Source of the DNA: an uncultured Syntrophaceae bacterium | GTDB taxonomy: Bacteria; Desulfobacterota; Syntrophia; Syntrophales; UBA2210 | Direction: 5' to 3' | DNA length: 43,240 bases | Assembly: GCA_964430915.1 (NCBI GenBank) | Contig: CAYSHT010000002.1 | Location: 1-43,240, forward strand | Part shown: piece after piece, positions 33,840 through 43,240 of the stretch | Position numbering within the stretch: the first letter of the stretch is position 1 | How the letters are laid out: each line of letters begins with the position of its first letter | The notes under the pieces: model-generated | The model's input: only the letters and a program-made list of their open reading frames with translations | What the model was told of the DNA's origin: nothing | Databases searched by the model: none | Made by a program: the position numbers and the translations under genes

Positions 33840-34898
33840 CTAAGAACCTGTGCCTTCGTTTTTTCCGCTCATCATCTCCGCGATTCCCTCTTGAAATGGA
33901 GCCCTTACCACTCCGGCATCAGTCACAATGGCAGAAATGTAGGAATGAGGAGTTATGTCAAAGGCGGGATTGAATACCCTCATGCCTTTCGGGGCGATCA
34001 TCGCTCCTCCGAAGGCCACCACCTCGTCGCCGGCTCTCTCCTCAATCGGTATATCATTACCACTTTTTACTTCACAGTCAATAGTCGAGAGCGGCGCGGC
34101 CACATAGAAGGGAATGTCGTTTTCTCCGGCAAGGACGGCGAGGGAGTAGGTACCAATCTTGTTGGCAATATCACCGTTCGCGGCAACTCGGTCGGCCCCA
34201 ACGATAATGAGATCGACCTTCCCCCGGTTCATTATGAAACCCGCCATACTGTCCGTTATCAGTGTAGCGGGAATATTCTCCCTCTGTAACTCCCAAGCGG
34301 TCAGCCTCGCCCCTTGAAGAACCGGTCTCGTTTCATCGACGAAGACATGAATGTTTTTCCCCTCTTCATGGGCGGCTCGTATGATCCCCAGGGCCGTACC
34401 GTACCCGCCCGTCGCAAGGGCACCGGCGTTGCAGTGGGTAAGAATCGAATCACCATCTTTAATGCATTCTCTCCCGAATATTCCGATACGCCTGTTGGCT
34501 GCGATATCTTCCTCCAGGATGAGGCGCGCCTCCTCGACAAGGGTCTTCTTGATCGAACCGATATCTTCTTCCAGTCTTTCCTCGAGGCACCGCTTCATCC
34601 GGTCGATGGCCCAGAAAAGATTGATCGCCGTGGGGCGGGTCTTAGAAAACTCGTCACAGATGCGGTAAAATTCTTTCTTAAAAGTTTCTTTTGATTCTTC
34701 AGAAACTGCGTTGGCACCCAGGGCGATTCCCATAGCTGCCGCGATTCCGACCGCGGGAGCACCCCTGACGGTCAGATCATTGATAGCGGCAATAACCTCA
34801 CCATACTTTCGGCAGGTAACATACTGTTCAGCGTGAGGAAGGGCCTTCTGGTCGATCAGGACGACACCTTCCTTTTCCCACAAGATTGGTCGTATCAT
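33840..34898 (-). CDS. mtnA: S-methyl-5-thioribose-1-phosphate isomerase (eIF-2B alpha/beta/delta-like family)
   Basis: The ORF runs to 35015, but the family-typical N-terminus MIRPILWEKEGVVLIDQKALPHAEQY begins at the ATG at 34898. Other motifs are RGAPAVGIAAA, THCNAGALAT and VGADRVAANGDIANKIGTY. Confidence 0.85.
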   Translation of the reverse strand: MIRPILWEKEGVVLIDQKALPHAEQYVTCRKYGEVIAAINDLTVRGAPAVGIAAAMGIALGANAVSEESKETFKKEFYRICDEFSKTRPTAINLFWAIDRMKRCLEERLEEDIGSIKKTLVEEARLILEEDIAANRRIGIFGRECIKDGDSILTHCNAGALATGGYGTALGIIRAAHEEGKNIHVFVDETRPVLQGARLTAWELQRENIPATLITDSMAGFIMNRGKVDLIIVGADRVAANGDIANKIGTYSLAVLAGENDIPFYVAAPLSTIDCEVKSGNDIPIEERAGDEVVAFGGAMIAPKGMRVFNPAFDITPHSYISAIVTDAGVVRAPFQEGIAEMMSGKNEGTGS

Positions 34899-35132
34899 AA
34901 TTAATGGTCTCGTAAAAAGTCGATATTTGATGGCAAAGTAAAAAGCTTCAAATGGAGGTGCACTCCCTTGAGAGTGGTGCACCTCCCGGTAAGGAACATT
35001 ACTTCTATATTGCATCCCTTCGGGACACCCCCGTTCAAGGCGCGCAAATCCTGAGGAATGAGGCGTACTTATGGTACGCTGCAGTGACGAAGGATGCAGC
35101 GCAACGCAGAAGTTGGATTTTTTACGAAGCCA

Positions 35133-36566
35133 TCATACTTCGGAAAGTTTCTTTTTCAGAATATCATTAACTATTTGAGGATTGGCCTTCCCCCTTGTTG
35201 CCTTCATGGTCTGTCCCACGAAATATCCGAAGAGTTGCTCCTTCCCCGCCTTATACTGCTCGATCTGTTTCGGATTTGCCATGAGGACTTCATCGACAAC
35301 CGTTTCCAACTCTCCAGCATCGGCCATCTGTTTCAGCCCCTTTTCTTCTATGATATCTTGGGGGTGTTTTCCCGACTTCCACATCGCCTCGAAGACTCCC
35401 TTGGCAATCTTTCCGCTTATCGTCCCGTTGTCAATCAGATTGATCATATCGGCAAGGGCCTCCGGCTCGACGGGACTCTCCGATACCTCAAGTTTATTTT
35501 CATTCAGATAGGCCAGAAAATCACCCATCACCCAGTTACTGGCAATCTTCGGCTTTCCGCAGAGCTCCGCCACTTTTTCGTAAAAATCGGCCAGGGCGCG
35601 GCTCGTGGTCAAGACCCCCGCATCATAGGAAGGTATCCCGTATTCCTCAACGAACCGCTTTCTTTTTTCCAGAGGTAGCTCGGGAATTGTTGTTGCTATT
35701 TTCTCTATCCACTCTTCGGAAATCGAGAGATCCACCAGATCTGGGTCCGGGAAATAGCGGTAATCGTGGGCCTCCTCTTTTCCCCTCATGGAATGAGTGA
35801 TCCCCTGATAATCGTCCCAGAGTCTCGTCTCCTGGACAACCAAACCACCGCCTTCCAGAACTCCTCGCTGCCTCACAATCTCATACTCAAGCGCCCTCTG
35901 GACATTTCGAAAGGAATTCATGTTCTTCAGTTCCGCCCTGGTCCCGAATTCCTCCCTTCCCTTCGGCCGCAGGGAGACATTTGCATCACAGCGGAAACTC
36001 CCCTCTTCCATATTGCCGTCACATATCTCCAGATAGACCAGGATTTCATGGAGTCTTCGGAGGTATGCCGCCCCCTCCTCGGGACTCCTCATATCGGGTT
36101 CACTGACAATTTCTATAAGGGGAACCCCCGCACGGTTAAGATCTACATAGCTCAGCGGCTGCTCCTCGTCGTGGATCAATTTTCCCGCATCTTCCTCCAT
36201 GTGAATTCGCGTAATCCCGATCCGCTTTTTGTCTCCATTTACCTCCACATCGACGTACCCCATCTCTGCAAGGGGATGGGCATACTGGGAAATCTGGTAC
36301 CCCTTGGGAAGATCAGGATAGAAATAGTTCTTTCTTGCAAAGGTATTTCTTTCGTTAATACGGCAGTGAGTCGCCATGGCCATTTTCATGGCAAATTCGA
36401 CTACCTTCCTGTTCAGGACGGGGAGGACACCGGGAAGACCGATGCAGATGGGACAGGTATTGCTGTTCGGCTCCTCTCCGAATTTCGTTGAGCAGCCGCA
36501 AAATATCTTTGTATCCGTTAGGAGCTGGGCGTGAACCTCAAGCCCTATTACCGGTTCGTAATCCAT
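35133..36566 (-). CDS. gatB: Asp-tRNA(Asn)/Glu-tRNA(Gln) amidotransferase subunit B
   Basis: The 477-aa ORF reads [30 protein letters not shown] and EEDAGK, and has a C-terminal GatB_Yqey domain. Its start overlaps the gatA stop (TAATG). Confidence 0.95.
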   Translation of the reverse strand: MDYEPVIGLEVHAQLLTDTKIFCGCSTKFGEEPNSNTCPICIGLPGVLPVLNRKVVEFAMKMAMATHCRINERNTFARKNYFYPDLPKGYQISQYAHPLAEMGYVDVEVNGDKKRIGITRIHMEEDAGKLIHDEEQPLSYVDLNRAGVPLIEIVSEPDMRSPEEGAAYLRRLHEILVYLEICDGNMEEGSFRCDANVSLRPKGREEFGTRAELKNMNSFRNVQRALEYEIVRQRGVLEGGGLVVQETRLWDDYQGITHSMRGKEEAHDYRYFPDPDLVDLSISEEWIEKIATTIPELPLEKRKRFVEEYGIPSYDAGVLTTSRALADFYEKVAELCGKPKIASNWVMGDFLAYLNENKLEVSESPVEPEALADMINLIDNGTISGKIAKGVFEAMWKSGKHPQDIIEEKGLKQMADAGELETVVDEVLMANPKQIEQYKAGKEQLFGYFVGQTMKATRGKANPQIVNDILKKKLSEV

Positions 36567-38023
36567 TATAGTTCGGGTCTCCTCCTTGTAAAGCCTGCAT
36601 TTTTCTCAAAGGCCGAAGCGGCCTGTATCAGTTTTTCTTCTTCAAAGTGGCTCGCCATGAACTGCACTCCTATGGGAAGTCCCTTTTCTGTGTAGCCACA
36701 AGGTACCGCGATTCCCGGAATACCGGCCAGGTTCGTTGACAGGGTAAATATATCTGAGAGATACATCTGAAGGGGATCGTCCATCTTTTCGCCTATCTTA
36801 AAGGCGGGCGTCGGTGTCGTCGGCGTGAGGATAATATCACAGGTTCTGAAGGCCTCATCGAAATCATTGCGCAACAACATACGCACCTGGGACGCCTTCT
36901 TGTAGTAGGCATCATAATAGCCCGACGAAAGGGCGTAGGTTCCGAGCATGATACGCCGCTTTACCTCGGCCCCGAATCCGGAGGAACGTGTCGCCTTATA
37001 CATGTCCAGAAGATTCTCTTCCCCCTTTTGCCTGAAACCATAGCGGATGCCGTCATACCTGGCCAGGTTTGAGCTCGCCTCCGAAGGCGCAATGATGTAG
37101 TAAATGGCAACACAATACTCCGTGTGGGGGAGAGATATCTCTCGGCATTCGGCGCCACAGGCCTCCATGACCTTTATCGCACTCTCCACTGAAGACGAAA
37201 CTTCCGGGTCAATTCCTTCTATGAAATATTCCTTCGGAATCCCCACGGTCCAGCCCTCGATGTCCCGTGAGACAAAATCCCGATAATCAGAAACTTTCTC
37301 TGGGACGGATGTTGACTCATTCGCATCATAGCCGGCGATCGCATTCATCATGATAGCGCAGTCTTCCACGTCCTTCGTTATGGGTCCTATCTGATCCAGA
37401 GATGATGCAAAGGCCACGAGACCGTAGCGGGAAATCCTCCCGTAGGTCGGTTTCATCCCCACCACACCGCAGTGCGCGGCAGGCTGCCGTATTGACCCGC
37501 CCGTATCGGAACCGAGGGCGGCAATACATTCATCGCTGATAACGGCCGCTGCGGAACCACCGCTTGAACCGCCGGGTACACGCTCCAGATCCCAGGGATT
37601 TCTCGTCACTCCAAAATAGGATGTCTCCGTCGAGGACCCCATGGCAAACTCGTCGAGATTCGTTTTTCCCGTTACTACTGCGCCTGCCTCTTTTAATTTC
37701 CTTACGACAGTGGCATCATAGGGAGGGATAAAGTTCTCAAGGATATGTGACCCGCAGGTTGTTGCTATTCCCTTCGTACACATATTATCCTTGACTGCCA
37801 CGGGTATGCCGGCAAGTATCCCTGCCGTACCCTCACGAATAGTCTTATCAGCCAGCTCCGCCATCTCAAAGGCATCATCCTTTGTGAGCGTTATGTAGGC
37901 ATTCACCTTCTCTTCGACCGCGTCTATCTTCCTGAAGACCGACTCGGTAATCTCCACCGAGGTTGTCCTTCCCTCCCGCAGCAGTTCAGTCAATTCATGT
38001 ATTGTTAATCGGGTTATATCCAT
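36566..38023 (-). CDS. gatA: Glutamyl-tRNA(Gln) amidotransferase subunit A (amidase signature family)
   Basis: The 485-aa ORF has the amidase signature [11 protein letters not shown]...[12 protein letters not shown]. Confidence 0.95.
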   Translation of the reverse strand: MDITRLTIHELTELLREGRTTSVEITESVFRKIDAVEEKVNAYITLTKDDAFEMAELADKTIREGTAGILAGIPVAVKDNMCTKGIATTCGSHILENFIPPYDATVVRKLKEAGAVVTGKTNLDEFAMGSSTETSYFGVTRNPWDLERVPGGSSGGSAAAVISDECIAALGSDTGGSIRQPAAHCGVVGMKPTYGRISRYGLVAFASSLDQIGPITKDVEDCAIMMNAIAGYDANESTSVPEKVSDYRDFVSRDIEGWTVGIPKEYFIEGIDPEVSSSVESAIKVMEACGAECREISLPHTEYCVAIYYIIAPSEASSNLARYDGIRYGFRQKGEENLLDMYKATRSSGFGAEVKRRIMLGTYALSSGYYDAYYKKASQVRMLLRNDFDEAFRTCDIILTPTTPTPAFKIGEKMDDPLQMYLSDIFTLSTNLAGIPGIAVPCGYTEKGLPIGVQFMASHFEEEKLIQAASAFEKNAGFTRRRPEL

Positions 38024-38031
38024 TTTGCCTC

Positions 38032-38319
38032 TCAGTCGATAACTCGGGGAACCTTAAAAAAGTCGCCCGCCTCTTCCGAGGCATTGGCAAGGGCACGGTC
38101 CGTTCCGAGCGATTCTCTTTTCACATCATCCCGCAATGCGTTTGTCAGGGATATGGCATGGGTCATGGGGGCCACATCGCTCGTATCAATTTTGTTAAGG
38201 ATATCCATATACATGAGGATATCATTGAGCTGCGATGTATAGGTTTTTATTTCTTCTTCGGAAAAGTTAAGTCTCGCCAGGTGGGCGACATGCCCGACCT
38301 CTTCTTTTGATATCTTCAA
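38032..38319 (-). CDS. gatC: Glutamyl-tRNA(Gln) amidotransferase subunit C (TTG start)
   Basis: The 95-aa ORF reads KISKEEVGHVAHLARLNFSEEE...F.VP and lies directly upstream of gatA. GAGGAGGA precedes the TTG at 38319. Confidence 0.9.
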   Translation of the reverse strand: MKISKEEVGHVAHLARLNFSEEEIKTYTSQLNDILMYMDILNKIDTSDVAPMTHAISLTNALRDDVKRESLGTDRALANASEEAGDFFKVPRVID

Positions 38320-38374
38320 TCCTCAATCCTCCTCACAGGACCCCCGGCAATAAACCGCCGGTTCGTAGATTCGC

Positions 38375-39454
38375 TTACAAATTATGCCAGATCGGCTCAA
38401 CCTGATTGATAACCTTCTCGATTATCCTCTCAACGGACCGCTCTGATTTACTCTCGATACGGTCCAGATAGCTCTCCGAGACATAGGTCTCTCCCCTCAT
38501 CTCCTTCAGAACGGCCTTGACCGATTGGGCCTGGCCGTCGATATTGTACCCTCCCTCAAGGGTGGCGATAAATCTGCCGCCACAGTATGTCTCGGCAATA
38601 TTCATGAGAATGCGGGTGAGATTCGCAAATCCTGAAGTGGAAACATTCATCCCTCCCATTGGGTCTTTCTTATATATGTCGAAACCGGCTGAGAGCAAAA
38701 CAATCTCCGGTTCATATTTTTTGGCCACGGGTTCGAGAATTCTCTTGTAAATCTTAACAAACTCCGCATCACCGGGCCCGCTTCTCAGGGGCACATTTAT
38801 CGTATAGCCGAGGCCCTCGTCCCTTCCCGTCTCATTAACCCCTCCCGTTCCCGGATAAAAGGGTGACTGATGGGTCGAAAAGTAGAGCACCCGTCTGTCA
38901 TTATAAAAAGAGTGCTGCGTACCGTTTCCATGGTGCAGATCCCAGTCCACTATGAGGATCCTTTTCATGCCGTGTTTTTTCATGGCATGGCGTGCACCGA
39001 TGGCTATATTGTTAAATATGCAAAAACCGGCCCCGCTTCCATGCTCCGCATGATGACCGGGGGGTCTTACGAGGGCAAAGGCGTTATCAACCGTTCCCTC
39101 CATCACGCTGTCAATGGCATTACAGAATCCCCCAGCCGCCAAAAGAGCCGCCTCGTAAGATCGAGCCGATGTCTGTGTATCGACATCAAGGGAGTAATGC
39201 CGCTTTCCCGCCGTTTCTGCCACCAGATCAATATAGGTCTCGCCATGATTCATGGCGATCTCCCCGTACGATGCAGACCGTGGTTTGATGGCAACATAAT
39301 TTCCCTTCATATCACGGGATTCAAGCATCTCATATATTGCCTGCAGTCTCCGGGGTGACTCCGGGTGAAAGGAACCGGGATCATGTTCAAGATATGTATA
39401 ATCCTTTACAATGCCCGTTTTTGAAAGCATTATCACGATCCATATGCTTGACAT
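38375..39454 (-). CDS. Histone-deacetylase-family (class II HDAC / AcuC / APAH-like) deacetylase
   Basis: The 359-aa ORF has RPPGHHA, DWDLHHGNGTQ and EGGY motifs. The likely real start is Met9 (39430, MLSKTGIVKDYTYLEH). Confidence 0.85.
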   Translation of the reverse strand: MSSIWIVIMLSKTGIVKDYTYLEHDPGSFHPESPRRLQAIYEMLESRDMKGNYVAIKPRSASYGEIAMNHGETYIDLVAETAGKRHYSLDVDTQTSARSYEAALLAAGGFCNAIDSVMEGTVDNAFALVRPPGHHAEHGSGAGFCIFNNIAIGARHAMKKHGMKRILIVDWDLHHGNGTQHSFYNDRRVLYFSTHQSPFYPGTGGVNETGRDEGLGYTINVPLRSGPGDAEFVKIYKRILEPVAKKYEPEIVLLSAGFDIYKKDPMGGMNVSTSGFANLTRILMNIAETYCGGRFIATLEGGYNIDGQAQSVKAVLKEMRGETYVSESYLDRIESKSERSVERIIEKVINQVEPIWHNL

Positions 39455-39511
39455 TTAAAGCGAGGAATTTTTTAACACAGGGGAACGGTAAATGCAATTT
39501 ATGAAAACAGA

Positions 39512-39539
39512 TTGACAAAGCTTTAAAACTATATATAGT
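39512..39539 (+). promoter_or_regulatory. Sigma-70-like promoter candidate for tatA
   Basis: TTGACA (39512-39517), a 16-nt spacer, then TATAGT (39534-39539). It lies about 33 nt upstream of the tatA ATG, which is preceded by GGAAAGGAAG. Confidence 0.45.
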
Positions 39540-39571
39540 TTCCAATAATTCTTCGGAAAGGAAGAAAGACC

Positions 39572-39820
39572 ATGTTTGGTATAGGAATGCCGGAGCTGAT
39601 AGTAATCCTTATTATCGCTCTCTTGATTATAGGGCCCAAGAAGCTCCCCGATCTTGCAAAGTCTCTCGGAAAAGGCCTGTCGGAATTCAGAAGGGCCACC
39701 GATGACGTAAAGGAGACGCTACAGGTCGACAAGATAAAAGATGAGACCACGGAAATTAAGGATTCTCTTTTATACGGCGAAAAAGAAGACGGGGGAGAAA
39801 AAGAGAAAAAGGAGAGCTGA
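39572..39820 (+). CDS. tatA: Twin-arginine translocase TatA/E-family subunit
   Basis: The 82-aa ORF starts MFGIGMPELIVILIIALLIIGPKKLPDLAKSLGKGLSEFR, which is the canonical TM plus amphipathic helix, and ends in an acidic tail. Confidence 0.85.
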   Translation: MFGIGMPELIVILIIALLIIGPKKLPDLAKSLGKGLSEFRRATDDVKETLQVDKIKDETTEIKDSLLYGEKEDGGEKEKKES

Positions 39821-39898
39821 CCCCGCTCATATTTGTTTCCGACGCCTCAGTTGGCGATTTCATATTAATCAATACAATACCGATAACTTAATTCGCCC

Positions 39899-40675
39899 AT
39901 GAATAAAACTGCTGACGAAAAAATGCCCTTTACCTCGCATCTCGAGGAATTGCGGGCAAGACTCATACGGATACTGATCGCAGTCGGAATCGGCTTTGTG
40001 GGCTGTTACTTCTTTAAGGAACGGCTCTTCGAGTTTCTGGCCAGGCCCCTCACCTCGGTGCTTCCCGACAACAGCTACATGATATTTACGAGCCTCCCGG
40101 AGGCATTTTTTACCTATCTGAAGGTATCGATCCTGGCTTCCGTCTTTGTCACAAGCCCCTATACACTCTATCAAATCTGGAAATTCATATCACCCGGTCT
40201 CTATAAAACGGAAAAGAAATCCGTCTTTCCCTTTGTCATCTTTTCCACCATATTTTTTGTGGGTGGAGCGCTCTTCGCCTACCACATTGTTTTTCCACTG
40301 GGTTTCAAGTTCTTCGTCGCCTTTGGTACGGATTCGATAAAACCGATGATATCCGTAAGAGAGTTTCTTTCCTTCGCCATGAAACTGCTCATCGCCTTCG
40401 GGATTATTTTTGAACTTCCGATCTTCATGTACTTTCTTTCCCGGATCGGAATGGTGAATTCTCAGACGTTAAAGGCCAAAAGAAAATATGCAATCCTTAT
40501 GGTATTTGTAATTGCCGCTCTCTTTACACCCCCCGATGTGGTAACCCAGTGTCTCATGGCCGTGCCCCTGATGCTCCTCTATGAAATAAGCATCTGGGTC
40601 GTAAAACTGGGAGAGAAAAAATCTGACGGAGCCGAGGAAAATTCCGAAGAAGGAGATACCGAAGAAGAAGCATGA
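39899..40675 (+). CDS. tatC: Twin-arginine translocase subunit TatC
   Basis: The 258-aa ORF reads MPFTSHLEELRARLIR, has 6 TM segments, and carries FISPGLY and LFTPPDV motifs. Confidence 0.95.
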   Translation: MNKTADEKMPFTSHLEELRARLIRILIAVGIGFVGCYFFKERLFEFLARPLTSVLPDNSYMIFTSLPEAFFTYLKVSILASVFVTSPYTLYQIWKFISPGLYKTEKKSVFPFVIFSTIFFVGGALFAYHIVFPLGFKFFVAFGTDSIKPMISVREFLSFAMKLLIAFGIIFELPIFMYFLSRIGMVNSQTLKAKRKYAILMVFVIAALFTPPDVVTQCLMAVPLMLLYEISIWVVKLGEKKSDGAEENSEEGDTEEEA

Positions 40676-43119
40676 TTCGAAAGAAGAAATTACACCTGAA
40701 AACCGCCAGAAAAAGAATACTCAAGAAAATCGCCGTATCGGCGCTTGTTCTTATCATTATCGCATCGCTGGGAGTGATTTACTTCTTTTACTCACTCGTG
40801 GAGGAACTTCCAAGCATAGCATCGCTCAAAGACTACCGACCCAGTATTATAACGCAAGTATACGCCGATAATGATGAACTGATCGATGAATTCTACCTCG
40901 AAGACAGAAAGGTTGTCCGCGTTACGGAGCTTCCGAAATTCCTGATCTTTGCCTTTGTAGCGGCGGAAGATGCTCGTTTTTTTCAGCACGGTGGATTTGA
41001 CCTGAAGAGTATCGCACGGGCATTCGTCAAAAACCTGAAAGCGGGAAAAATCGTGCAGGGGGGAAGTACCATAACCCAGCAGGTGGCCAAATCTCTCTTT
41101 TTAACGCCCGAGAAGAGCTACATACGAAAACTCAAGGAGGCCATACTTGCCTACAGAATAGACAAGTACTTGAAGAAATATGAGATACTCAACCTGTATA
41201 TGAACCAGATATATCTGGGACACGGTGCCTATGGTGTCGAGGCGGCGGCCCAGCGTTATTTCGGGAAACAGGCGAAAGATCTCACCCTTCCTGAGGCCGC
41301 CCTCCTCGCCGGTCTTCCCAAGGCACCGAGCAGATATTCACCGGTCCATCACCCCGAACGTGCCCGATCACGGCAGGTATATGCTATCGGCAGAATGCAG
41401 GAGGATGGCTATATAACGGAACAAGAAAGTACCGAGGCACTCGCCATGCCGACAGAGCTGAAGAGTTCCGAAGAAAAAGAAAAGGTGGCCCCCTATTTTA
41501 CCGAGAATGTACGCCGATACATACAGGCCAAATACAGTAGCGACGTTCTCTACAAGGAGGGCCTGGAAGTATACACGACCCTCGATATCGGCATGCAGAG
41601 GGCTGCGCGAAAGGCCGTGGATAGAGGCCTGCAGGAGCTTGATAAGAGGCAGGGATACAGGGGGGCCTTGAAAAAAATAATCGAGGAGGAATTTGACTCC
41701 TTTCTTAAAAGTGCGGAATTTGAACTTGAAAACCATCCCCTTGAAAAGGGAAGTGTCCTCAAGGCCCTGGTAGTGGATGTCAATAGCGATGAAAAGACGG
41801 TGAGTTTACGAATCGGGCCTCACAGGGGAATCATGACACTCAAGGATATGTCATGGGCCAGAGTGCCCGACACGAATGTCGCCTATAACACTGTCAGGGT
41901 AAAAGACCCTGCCGACGTCCTCGAAACAGGCGATATCATTCTGGTAAAAATAAAGGAGATAACAAAGCTGGAGGGACTATCCCAAGAAGAAGGAGAAGAA
42001 ACGGAAAAAGAGCTTGAATTCACCGCCGCCCTGGGACAGGAACCGGAAGCCCAGAGCGCCCTTTTATGCATGGAAGCAAGGACCGGAGAAATAAAGGCCA
42101 TGGTGGGGGGACACAGTTACAAGAAGAGCGAGTTTAACCGTTCCACCCAGGCGAAAAGACAGCCCGGTTCGGCCTTTAAACCCTTTATCTACACCGCCGC
42201 CTTTGACCAGGGAATGACTCCGTCATCGGTTGTCATGGACACCCCGATCATCTTTGAAGACACGCTGAAAGACAGCACCTGGAAACCCAGAAACTACGAG
42301 GAAAAGTTCTACGGACCCACGATACTTCGGACGGCCCTCGTTAAATCGAGAAATCTGGTCACCATAAAGGTTCTGAAAGACATCGGCGTCGACTATGCCG
42401 CGGACTATGCAATAAACATGGGTATTACCTCGTCCCTCGCACGAGATCTCTCCATGGCGCTGGGGTCATCCGGGGTGACGCTCCTTGAAATGGTTCGGGG
42501 ATACGGGGTATTTGCACATAATGGAAAAAAGGCAGAACCCTACTTCATCAGGAAAATCGTCGATCGCACGGGACACATAGTCGAGGAGCATAAACCACGG
42601 GTGGAACAGGTGATAGACCCCAGGATAGCATACATAACGTCACATCTGCTTCAGGATGTGGTAAAAAGAGGGACCGGATGGAGGGTCAGAGAGCTGGGGA
42701 GACCCGTAGCGGGAAAAACGGGCACAACGAATGACCTGAAAGACGCGTGGTTTATGGGATTTACTCCCTCACTCGTTACGGGTGTCTGGGTAGGATTTGA
42801 CGATCTGAGCAAACTGGGAAAATACGAAACCGGTTCCAGGGCTGCCAGTCCGATATTTCTCTATTTTATGAAAGAGGCACTCGCCGGCACACCGGTTGAA
42901 CTCTTTTCACCCCCCGATGGTGTGGTATTCGCAAAGATAGACCCTCAGACTGGTCTTCTGGCGAAACCCGATTCAAAGGAATATGTATTTCAATGCTACC
43001 TGGAGGGAACGTCACCCACCGAGTACGCATCCGAGGCAGAAAACGACAAAAAGAAAGAATTTTTCAAATACGACCTCGACAGTCTGATGCGGAGCGAAAA
43101 AGAGGAAAAGCTCGAATAG
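40672..43119 (+). CDS. mrcA: Class A penicillin-binding protein 1A (bifunctional glycosyltransferase/transpeptidase)
   Basis: The 815-aa ORF has an N-terminal TM anchor, GT51 motifs (EDARFFQHGG, GGSTITQQ, RKLKE), the transpeptidase motifs SAFKP and SRN, and KTGTTND. Its ATG overlaps the tatC stop (ATGA). Confidence 0.95.
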   Translation: MIRKKKLHLKTARKRILKKIAVSALVLIIIASLGVIYFFYSLVEELPSIASLKDYRPSIITQVYADNDELIDEFYLEDRKVVRVTELPKFLIFAFVAAEDARFFQHGGFDLKSIARAFVKNLKAGKIVQGGSTITQQVAKSLFLTPEKSYIRKLKEAILAYRIDKYLKKYEILNLYMNQIYLGHGAYGVEAAAQRYFGKQAKDLTLPEAALLAGLPKAPSRYSPVHHPERARSRQVYAIGRMQEDGYITEQESTEALAMPTELKSSEEKEKVAPYFTENVRRYIQAKYSSDVLYKEGLEVYTTLDIGMQRAARKAVDRGLQELDKRQGYRGALKKIIEEEFDSFLKSAEFELENHPLEKGSVLKALVVDVNSDEKTVSLRIGPHRGIMTLKDMSWARVPDTNVAYNTVRVKDPADVLETGDIILVKIKEITKLEGLSQEEGEETEKELEFTAALGQEPEAQSALLCMEARTGEIKAMVGGHSYKKSEFNRSTQAKRQPGSAFKPFIYTAAFDQGMTPSSVVMDTPIIFEDTLKDSTWKPRNYEEKFYGPTILRTALVKSRNLVTIKVLKDIGVDYAADYAINMGITSSLARDLSMALGSSGVTLLEMVRGYGVFAHNGKKAEPYFIRKIVDRTGHIVEEHKPRVEQVIDPRIAYITSHLLQDVVKRGTGWRVRELGRPVAGKTGTTNDLKDAWFMGFTPSLVTGVWVGFDDLSKLGKYETGSRAASPIFLYFMKEALAGTPVELFSPPDGVVFAKIDPQTGLLAKPDSKEYVFQCYLEGTSPTEYASEAENDKKKEFFKYDLDSLMRSEKEEKLE

Positions 43120-43240
43120 AGTATGCCCTGTTTCGTATTTCAGAAGACCATCGGTTCAAAGGGTTTGACGAGCCGTATTTCGGCATGGGGCGCACCCTTC
43201 GAGACATGCCTGAGAAATCCGGAGATATTCCGAAAGGGTA

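Noticed and set aside
33198-36491. Several long antisense ORFs: 33198-33785 (+), 34314-34694 (+), 35094-35678 (+) and 35766-36491 (+).
   Set aside because: All lie opposite the confidently identified HAD, mtnA and gatB genes and have no motifs of their own.
43140-43240. A possible partial convergent gene at the right edge. The minus frame reads ...PFRNISGFLRHVSKGAPHAEIRLVKPFEPMVF and stops at 43140-43142.
   Set aside because: Only about 32 codons are visible, other frames are also open over this short span, and I recognised no motif. I cannot support a call.
1-43240. tRNA, rRNA, tmRNA, RNase P and riboswitch genes.
   Set aside because: I scanned by eye for T-loop (GGTTCGAATCC-like) and other hallmark motifs in the non-coding stretches and found none. 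A covariance-model scan would be needed to exclude small ncRNAs, especially in 8832-9321 and 9688-10367.

Overview
This is a densely coding 43.2-kb chromosomal window with about 40 protein genes. I found no rRNA, tRNA, intact IS element or convincing CRISPR array by eye.

The host looks like a Gram-negative bacterium, because it carries an outer-membrane barrel, a LolA-like protein, TatAC and PBP1A. It is probably an anaerobe that metabolises CoA thioesters, given the many CoA ligase, CoA transferase, ACAD, crotonase, MaoC, Fe-S and DUF169 genes. A Desulfobacterota/Syntrophia-like origin is only my guess.

Layout:
- 89-5368 (minus strand): a six-gene redox/unknown-function operon.
- 5.4-8.7 kb: MaoC dehydratase, a long family-I CoA transferase and a frameshifted universal stress protein gene.
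- 8.8-10.4 kb: an unusually gene-poor, AT-rich stretch holding one small secreted Gly/Cys-rich protein.
- 10368-11582: an atypical LuxR regulator with two tandem receiver-like domains, both of which appear to lack the phospho-acceptor Asp.
- 14244-19604 (minus strand): a tight five-gene envelope module made of a LolA-like carrier, two FtsX permeases, an ABC ATPase and a dedicated OM barrel.
- 21783-33162: an orphan redox/CoA island. It contains a Cys-dense ferredoxin-like protein, a seven-gene operon (M55 peptidase-like, FAD oxidoreductase, CaiB-type CoA transferase, saccharopine-DH-like, SDR, small membrane protein, NAD epimerase-like), an acyl-CoA ligase and an ACAD.
- 33.2-43.1 kb: housekeeping genes (HAD, mtnA, gatCAB, HDAC-like, tatA, tatC, PBP1A).

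The most interesting candidates for something undescribed are the envelope export module, the tandem pseudo-receiver regulator with its neighbouring gene-poor locus, and the seven-gene orphan operon. All functional calls rest on by-eye motif recognition, and no searches were run.
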